Positions 54,465 through 64,000 of a DNA stretch of 64,000 nt are shown piece after piece. The stretch's first letter is position 1. Each line of letters starts with the position of its first letter. Made by a program: the position numbers and the translations under genes. The notes under the pieces are model-generated. The model made no database searches and was not told the origin of the DNA. It worked only from the letters and a program-made list of their open reading frames with translations. The stretch spans positions 248,001 through 312,000 of the forward strand of contig MCFH01000046.1 of assembly GCA_002104945.1 (NCBI GenBank). The letters run 5' to 3'. Source of the DNA: Piromyces finnis finn (Eukaryota > Fungi > Neocallimastigomycota).

Positions 54465-56096
54465 TTAATGGGTAACAATAATACCATCTTCGAAACCAAC
54501 ATATTCAAGAATTTGTTCTAGTTTATCTTTATATTCTAAATGACCACTAACAATTGAAGATAAATCAATATTTTCAATACCTTCAACATCTACTTTTTGA
54601 AGACCAGCGATATGATTGCAAATTGCACTAGCTCTGAAAAGAAAACTAAGTACCCAATCAGTTTGACAATAGCCATTAATAACCCTACCAGCAGTCATAG
54701 CACGTACTTTCGCCCAATTTAAAGGATTAGACTCTACTGGACAACCAAAAAGATAGACTGAATCAACAATTGAATGACATAAATATTTCGATTTTTCAAT
54801 ATCTTCTAATGCCATTTCATCATCATCATTCATTGAATTATCATTACGTTTTTTATACCATGAAAGGAATGATTCATCATTATTTTTTTTCATATTTAAC
54901 TCAAATGAATAATTCCAAAGCTCTAAAAGGCAATAGTAAATAACTCTTGCACCTAATGAATAACCAACTAGTGTTACTGGTCTTTTACCATGAACATACT
55001 TTTTTAATGTAAAATATTATATATACATTTAATATTAGCTATATTACTTATTATTATCTAAAATATTTATTTTATTTACCTTTAATAAAACTTCTCTTGC
55101 CAAAACTTTACCAGCCTTTTCTGATCTTTAAAAAAGAAAAAAAAATATCCAATTAATTTTTCCTATTATTTCAATAAATATTTTATTTTATTTTTTAACT
55201 AATAACTTTCTCTTTCACCATACTTATCCAAACCGGACGTCCATGGATTATCAATCATTGTACCCATCTGAACAAGTGCTACAGGCCAAATTAAACCTGA
55301 AACAACACCTCCCAACTATTTACAAAAAAATATATAATATAATATAATAAATAAGTAAATAAATAAATAAAATAAACTACAAATTTAAAAAAACCTTTTT
55401 TATTATAAAATATTTTATATAAAAAAACATAACTATACTTACAATAGTTTGTTTTAATAATTGTTTAACTGTAAATGTAATAGAACCACTAACAAGCATA
55501 CTTTCCATTGCTTGTCCTAATTTAATAAGAATTCTTGAATCAAATTTTAAAGCATATATATTACTTGACATTGTATTACGATTATTGATTAAACTTTCCC
55601 ATGGCTTATAAATATCTTCCATATCTTTCATCCATCCAGAAATACAAATAATTACGTGAAGCTTACTAGGTGAATTTTGAACAGGAATAGTTTCAACTGA
55701 ACTGCTATTTTCATTATTATTCACATTAGTTGATTCAGAATCTGAAAGTTCAATATTAACAGAACTTTGAGATAAAGATTTTTGATGTCCAGATCCATTT
55801 TTAGGTGTTAATATTGGACTATTAGTAACACTACTGTTAACACTATTATTATTACTATTATTATTACTGTTGTTGTTGTTGTTATCCTTTTTTTTCTTAT
55901 TCTCATCACTTTTCTTTTTTTCAATAAATTTATTAATTTCTGGGTCAGTTCCTTGATATGGTAATTCAATAAATTTAAATTCTTTTAAACCGCTAAAGAC
56001 TTTATGGAAATTATATGCTATTGATTATTATATAAAAATTAAATTAAAATAATAATTTTATAGTTTGTTAGCATACAAGAATTTAAATACCATTAA

Positions 56097-56170
<74 letters not shown>

Positions 56171-57584
56171 ACTTACCTGTAAGTCCACCACCTGTAAGAC
56201 CAAATAATGCACCAAAAATAGCTACACCAGAAGCAGTGGTTAAGAAAGAACCAATACCAGTCATAACACCAGCTGTAGTTATTCCAAGAAAAGCACCCAA
56301 AGAACCTAACCCTGCTCCTAATGTACCTAAACCAGCACCAACAATTGGGGCAGCTAAACCTCCAGTAACACCTATAATAATACCACTTCCAACAGTAGCC
56401 AGACTCCACATCATCCATTTACTTTTTGCACTTCCTTTTTCATTCTTTAAGTATGGATCTCCCTCACTGCCATTTTCTTTTTCTTTTTGTTGTTCTTCTA
56501 AAGCTTTTTGATATTGTTCCCAAAGTAAGCAACTAACTCGATTTTCTACTTCTGGTATAATAGATGCAAATTCCATATCAATATCTTCTTGTACTTCAAA
56601 AATATAATCTTCACTTGCTTGTTTTAAAAGTTTCATTTCTTTTTTTAATAGAACCTCTTCAGATTTTTCTTCCTCTCCTTCAATACTTATATTTTCTAGT
56701 TTTTGAGAGAGTTCTTTTTCAAACTTTTTTTTTGATATATTTTTATATTCTGAAAGTAAATCTTTTAAGAATTGACGTAAGACTTGTCTTAAACGTGCAT
56801 CATATATATATAAATTACTAGAAACTTGTTTATTTTTACTCTTGAATTCAAAAGTTGAGTTCTTGGTATATTCCATATTTTGAAAATAAAGTAAAAGAAT
56901 TTCAGTTAAACCAGCACATAAAACATTATTGGTATTTCTTTTTTTATTTTTATTATTTGAACGTTTGAGGATCAAATCTTGAAGTTCTTTATCGGAATAA
57001 CCTTCTTCTCCTTTCATAATTTTTGTTTGTTCTGAAAATATTTATTTATAAATTATGATATATTTAAAAATTTAAATAAATAAATAAATAAAAATCATTA
57101 AAAATATTATTTTTATAATTTCATTTAAATAGATATTTATGTATTTATATGATGCAATAATTTTTAACTAAATGTATAAATAATTGATATTTAAAATTTG
57201 AAATAATTATATACCCTTAGCATTAATATTGTAGGTTTTAAATAAAAAATCCATTAAAAGTCGACTCCAACTACTATAATTAGTTAAAGCAGGTATTTGA
57301 AAATTTGAAAAGTCATAGTCATTTTTTGACTTCTTTTCTAAAATTTCATTCTGTTCTTTTTCATAAAACTCTAAATCTTTTAATAGTAATGAATTCATAT
57401 CTACATTATTTTTTTCTATAATTTTCCACATTAAGCCAATAAAAGGTACTGGATTTTTCTTAATTTCGTCCAATACTTTTATGTAATCTTTTGAAGAATC
57501 GTCTAAATTTGTTTGTTGCTGAGAAGAAATTTCCTTCATTTGTGTTTTATTTAATTCATTTTTAATATCCTCTTCGTTATTCAT
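54465..57584 (-). CDS. DUF726 / TMCO4-like alpha/beta-hydrolase-fold membrane protein, multi-exon (5' end uncertain)
   Basis: YDARLRQVL, the Gly-rich KWMMWSLATVGSGIIIGVTGGLAAP block, F|KFIELP, IICISGW, RPVTLVGYSLGARVIY (GxSxG), WAKVRAMTAGRVINGYCQTDWVLSFLFR and VSGHLEY. Confidence 0.87.
56097..56169. repeat. (TTA)n microsatellite, about 24 units, in an intron of the DUF726 gene
   Basis: On the minus strand it follows the donor ACAG|GTAAGT. It explains the apparent poly-Asn and poly-Leu ORF tails. Confidence 0.9.
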
Positions 57585-60176
57585 GACAAAATCTAAGTTT
57601 ATACTTTAGTATAGAAACATGAATTATATAACCAACAGAATTGATAATACCATATAAATGAAAATACAATTTTTATTTATTTAGTCTTTATTTTTTATTA
57701 CATAATTAAAAACTTTTTTTATTAAAGAATTTGTATTTTATTTACCTTTATTTTATAAATAATAATTTAATTATTGAAAATTTTTATATTACTTTTTCAA
57801 TTAGACTTTATAATTTCATAATTTCTATTTTATATAATAATAATAATAATTTATAAATATTTTATCAATTTAGTTTTTGTTTATTTTCCAAATAAAAATT
57901 ATGGAATTAATTTATTTGAATAATAAATTACAAAGAAATTAAATCTTTTTGATATTAATTATTAATCTTCTTAAATATTTTCTTGCAATCTTGAATATTT
58001 TAAATTGATGTTTGAATAAAAAAAAATAAAATTAAAGATTTTTTTTTTTTATTTTATCAGTAATAAAAAATAAATTGAAAAGGATAATATATATACTACA
58101 TATATTGTTAATATATTATTTTATCATTTAACTAAATTTTTAAATTTTTGTATTTATTTATAGTAACATAACCATATAAAAAATAGTTGACAAAAAAAAA
58201 TACTTTTTTTGTAACTTATTATTTTTATTGCTCTGAAAGTTTTTTTATTCAAATGAAATAGAAGAATTACATAAATATTATCGTTTGGTTATAAGTGTTA
58301 AGAAGTACTTTAAAATAATATTTATAATATTCATTCATTCATGTGCAATTAGAAATCAAATATTCATTTTCATTTTGTAGTATACTACAATTAATCTTTT
58401 CATTGTTATCAATTTTTTGAAATTTAAATTTTCGTTGTTACACAAATTATGATAATTAACCATATTTAGAAATTTTTTAAATAAAAAATTAATAAATGTA
58501 TTGGTAATTACACAAATAAATTTTAGGAGGTTTTTAATTAGAAACAAAATAATAAATACCTTTACTATAATAAATTTTAAAAATACAATATTTCAGTTTA
58601 ATGTTATAAAAAGATGTTTAATAAAGTAAAGTAAAAGTACATAATTTCTTTGTCTTTTCTAATAAGTAATAATGAAGATAATAGTTATTATATTTTTATA
58701 TTACAGCGGTAAAAATTTTTAATCAACAATTTCAAATTAAAAAAAGTTAAAATAAATTAAAAAATAATCAATCTAAACTTTAATACTATCTGTAACATAA
58801 ATTATTATTATTACAATTATATTAAAAATTATATATTTTTTTAAATCATTTTATATATAATATATAATATTCATAATATATAAAATATAAAAACTGTTAT
58901 TAAAAATATAGGTTATATTGATATTTCTTAACATAAAATTAAATTAAATTAAATTATAATAATAATAATATTTTATGTGTTAAATTTAAAAATAATGTCA
59001 CTTTACATTCAAAGTATTATATTATTGTAGTTATTTTTTATATTTTGTTATATATAATGTTATAATAATAGTAATAATTAATTAGCTTATAACGTGTACA
59101 ATTATAATTGTAAGGAAAAATCAAAAATTTTGATAAAAATATATGAAAAAATAATAATAATAATAATAATAAATTTTTATAATTACTCTAAATAAAAAAA
59201 AACTTCAAAATTTTAGGATTGAATATTTCTGATTATTTCTTAATTTCAAATCATCCAATATTTTTAACTACTATAGTTAATATTATTAACATATTTACTT
59301 TGTTAAATAACAGAATAGTTCATTATCGATTTTAAAAGATATGAATTATTTTATTAATAATAATAATAAAAAAAATAGCAAAAAATATAGTAACAAATTA
59401 ATAATAACGTTTTAACAATTACAAATCCATTTAAAAATAATTATCATATTATATTAATATATACCTAAATAGATTTCATTATCTTATTTTACAATTTTAA
59501 CCATTATTAGTATATATTTTTATTAATTGTATTTTTTTTTTAAACTATTATAAAATAATGATTTAAGGATAATAAATATTGGAATGTATATATATATGCA
59601 TGATATTATATAATTTGATATGATATTAAAAATGAAAAGTTTTTTTATGTTATTTATTATTAAATATAAATCAATAAATTTAAATTCATTATTATTAATT
59701 ATAATAAATTTTATTTTTAGTAATTAAAAGAAAATTAGAAAGTATAAAAAAATGTATAGTATTTTATAGATTTTAATATTATCTATCATTCATTAATACT
59801 TATCATAGTATTAGAAAGACAAACAATATAATTTTATATGAATTAACAATTTTATAATATTTTAGAAATAAAGATATATTGATTTATTTTCTAATTTTAT
59901 TTTGTATAAATAAAATAAGTAATATTTTTTGTAAATTTTGCTTTAATATGTGATAAAGTTTTAAAAAATAAATGTAAAGGAAAATTTTAAGATTTTTAAA
60001 TTATTTTCATTTATATATTTATTCTTTAAAAAAAGTATAAAAGAAATAATTTAACTAGTAATTTTATTATTTTTAATATAATAAAATAATTTTATAATTA
60101 GGAAGTAAATATTTACTAAACTAAAAGCTTTACTTATTAGTATTATATTATTAATTTTATTAAGATAAAAAGAATA

Positions 60177-61913
60177 ATGGAATTTCATGATAAATATGAT
60201 TCAGAATTAAGAGATGAGGTAAAATTAGTTAATTATTTTATATTTATTAAATTTCATATTAATACTATTTTTTTTATTTCATTTTAAAAATTTTATTATA
60301 ACATAAAAAATTTATTATATATATAAGGATATTATTCCATTTACGACAGAAGCATTAGATATTGTCGAAACAGTTATTTCATTCTTTTGTGATTGCCTAA
60401 ATAAGGATAATCCAAAGTTAATTACATTAACAAATGGAAAATTATCACCAAAAAAAGAAGACATTAATTTGCATCCAAGTCTAGATGGTGATCCAACAGA
60501 AAAAATTTGTCAAAAGACATCACTTTATAAAAATGCCACAGTATTCCAATATGATAAAACCAAAAATACAGAAATGATTAATAATAATCTTAATACTAGT
60601 TTTGATGATTGTATACAAGATACTGAAAAAATAATTAATAAAATTGAAAACGAGTTTCAAAATAAACAAAAGTATAACGATACTTTAATTCTTTCAAGTG
60701 ATAGTGAAGAAGAAGAAGAAGATATAATATCTCAATATAGTATAGCTAAAAAAGATGAAACTGAAATTATTATTGGAAAAAATGAAAAAGAATATAAAAA
60801 AAATAATGAAGTAAATAGTCATGATGAAGCTTTAGTGAAAAATTTAGAAACAACACCAAAAGAAAAAGACAGTTTAAATAAAAGTCAGACATTATCTATA
60901 CTTAAAGAAAAAAAAGAAAGTCAAATTGTAGAAGAAGCAGAAGATGCTAATAGTTTGGATTTCCCACTCGAGAAAATAGAAAATCATTCTAATAAAGCTG
61001 AAAGAGAAGTAGGAGAAGAATTTGTTGAAGAAAATGATAAAGACCCAGATGATAATTTTAATGTTAATGATTCAGTTAAAGAAATTAATGAAGAATTTAA
61101 TGAAAATAGTTCAAAATCTTCATCAAAAGAACAATTGAGTAAGAATAGTGAAAAGGAAATAGAAGCGAGTGATGTAAATGGAAATAATGGTAATGAAGGA
61201 GATAATGAAATTGAAAGTGAAAAGGATAATGTTGAATATATAGAACAAAAAATCATGACTACTCCAATAATTAATAATGAAGAAATGAGTAGCAAGTCTT
61301 CGAGTCATTCTTCACTTGATGGCTATTATTTAAAAAATGCCCAATTTCTTCATGATAGTAATGATAATATTAATTTTATTCCACTTCAAGAAAAAGAAAG
61401 ATCAAATAGAATTCGCTGGAAATATCATATTAAACATCATTCAACTAATAAAAAATTAAAATGTAGTAACTTTCTTATCTATTGGAGTCAACCTTCAAAA
61501 ATAAACCCTGTACCAAAAGCAACTGCAGAAATGTGGATGAATTATTATCATACCACTAATGTAATAATTTTTTCAAAATATATATATGTTAATTATTAAT
61601 ATATATATTCTTTAATTATAACAATTTCATTAACAATTAATATATTATATTATATGTTATTTAGAGTGGAAGAAATGATGCTACCATTACTTATAGATTT
61701 AATGGCTATTACAATACTCATGAAATTAATGTTAATAGATTTATGAAGGAATATAAAAAATACATATCAAATCCTTATATTGAAATTACTAAAGAAAAAT
61801 TTCCAACATTATATACGCCCTTAGTTTTAAATCCAAAAAAATGGCTTCCTGAATTAATTCGTTCAAAATTATTAATCTCAAATGATATTATGAATAAAGT
61901 TTTAGTAAATTAA
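60177..61913 (+). CDS. AKAP14 (AKAP28)-like axonemal A-kinase anchoring protein with long acidic insertion, 3 exons
   Basis: MEFHDKYDSELRDE|DIIPFTTEALDIVETVISFF (amphipathic helix), an acidic low-complexity middle, then RWKYHI...FLIYWSQPSKINPVPKATAEMW and, after splicing, ATITYRF...KKWLPELIRSKLLI. This resembles the AKAP28 domain as remembered. Confidence 0.65.
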
Positions 61914-62429
61914 TAATAAATTAACTAATTTCTAAATTTATATTAGTTATTCAAGCTTTCATATATCTACTTTCATTTTGATTATTAAATTTAAATATAA
62001 TATATATAATTAAGCATTTAAATATGTTTCATTAATTTATTAATTTAAATAAAAATAATCATAGCCTGTAATTATATTCATTTTAAATTAAAATTATTAT
62101 ATATAAAATATAAAATATAATAAATAAATTTTTACAATCTAAAGTTTATGATTTATATAATTTATTTGTTAATAGTTATGATTTTTAAAATAATATGTTT
62201 GTAAAAATTCAAATTTGAAATAGATAAATATGCTAAATTTAATGATCATAATTGTTTTTCTTTGCTTTATTTCCGTATAGAGTTATTATTAAATTAAGAA
62301 AAGTTAAAGCTTATGTATTAAATTAAATTATAAAAGAGAAGTTTTAAAATGTTACTTCTAAAAAACTATAATAAATGACAATATATATATTTTAATTTAT
62401 AAATTTTATCTATATCACAAATTCTAAAT

Positions 62430-64000
<1,571 letters not shown>

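Noticed and set aside
56058-56511. Poly-Asn tail of the DUF726 ORF and the poly-Leu plus-strand ORF
   Set aside because: Both are read-through of an intronic (TTA)n microsatellite after a canonical GTAAGT donor, or its antisense shadow.
1155-61913. Possible cluster of flagellar genes (kinesin-2, CFAP97-like, AKAP14-like)
   Set aside because: They are 15-38 kb apart with unrelated housekeeping genes between them, so there is no evidence of clustering.

Overview
Extremely AT-rich, intron-dense eukaryotic DNA. The composition, short A/T-rich GT-AG introns, (AAT)n/(TAAA)n tracts, flagellar genes and secreted carbohydrate-active enzymes fit an anaerobic gut fungus (Neocallimastigomycota); this assignment is an inference. 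I can support 20 protein-coding loci, two cut by the window edges, plus one pseudogene. Housekeeping genes: PRP38, an APE1-type AP endonuclease, PUS3, SMC2, RRP46, RFC2/4, IRE1, a DUF726 protein, a LisH-WD40 protein and a C2H2 factor. Flagellar genes: kinesin-2, a CFAP97/Hemingway-family protein and an AKAP14-like protein. Secreted or surface proteins: a GH16, a CE4 deacetylase and an LRR protein. Several loci look bacterial in origin. The clearest is a decayed, intronless Rpn/PD-(D/E)XK_2 nuclease at about 50.1-51.1 kb, which the ORF track shows only as fragments. The others are a SodB-type Fe-superoxide dismutase, the intronless GH16 and a gene resembling the accessory domain of some bacterial HDAC-family proteins. 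Prp38 also carries a C-terminal Hub1-binding HIND motif, and the CFAP97-like gene has a probable GC-AG intron. No rRNA, tRNA or CRISPR array was recognisable. All family assignments come from manual translation and remembered motifs; no database searches were run.
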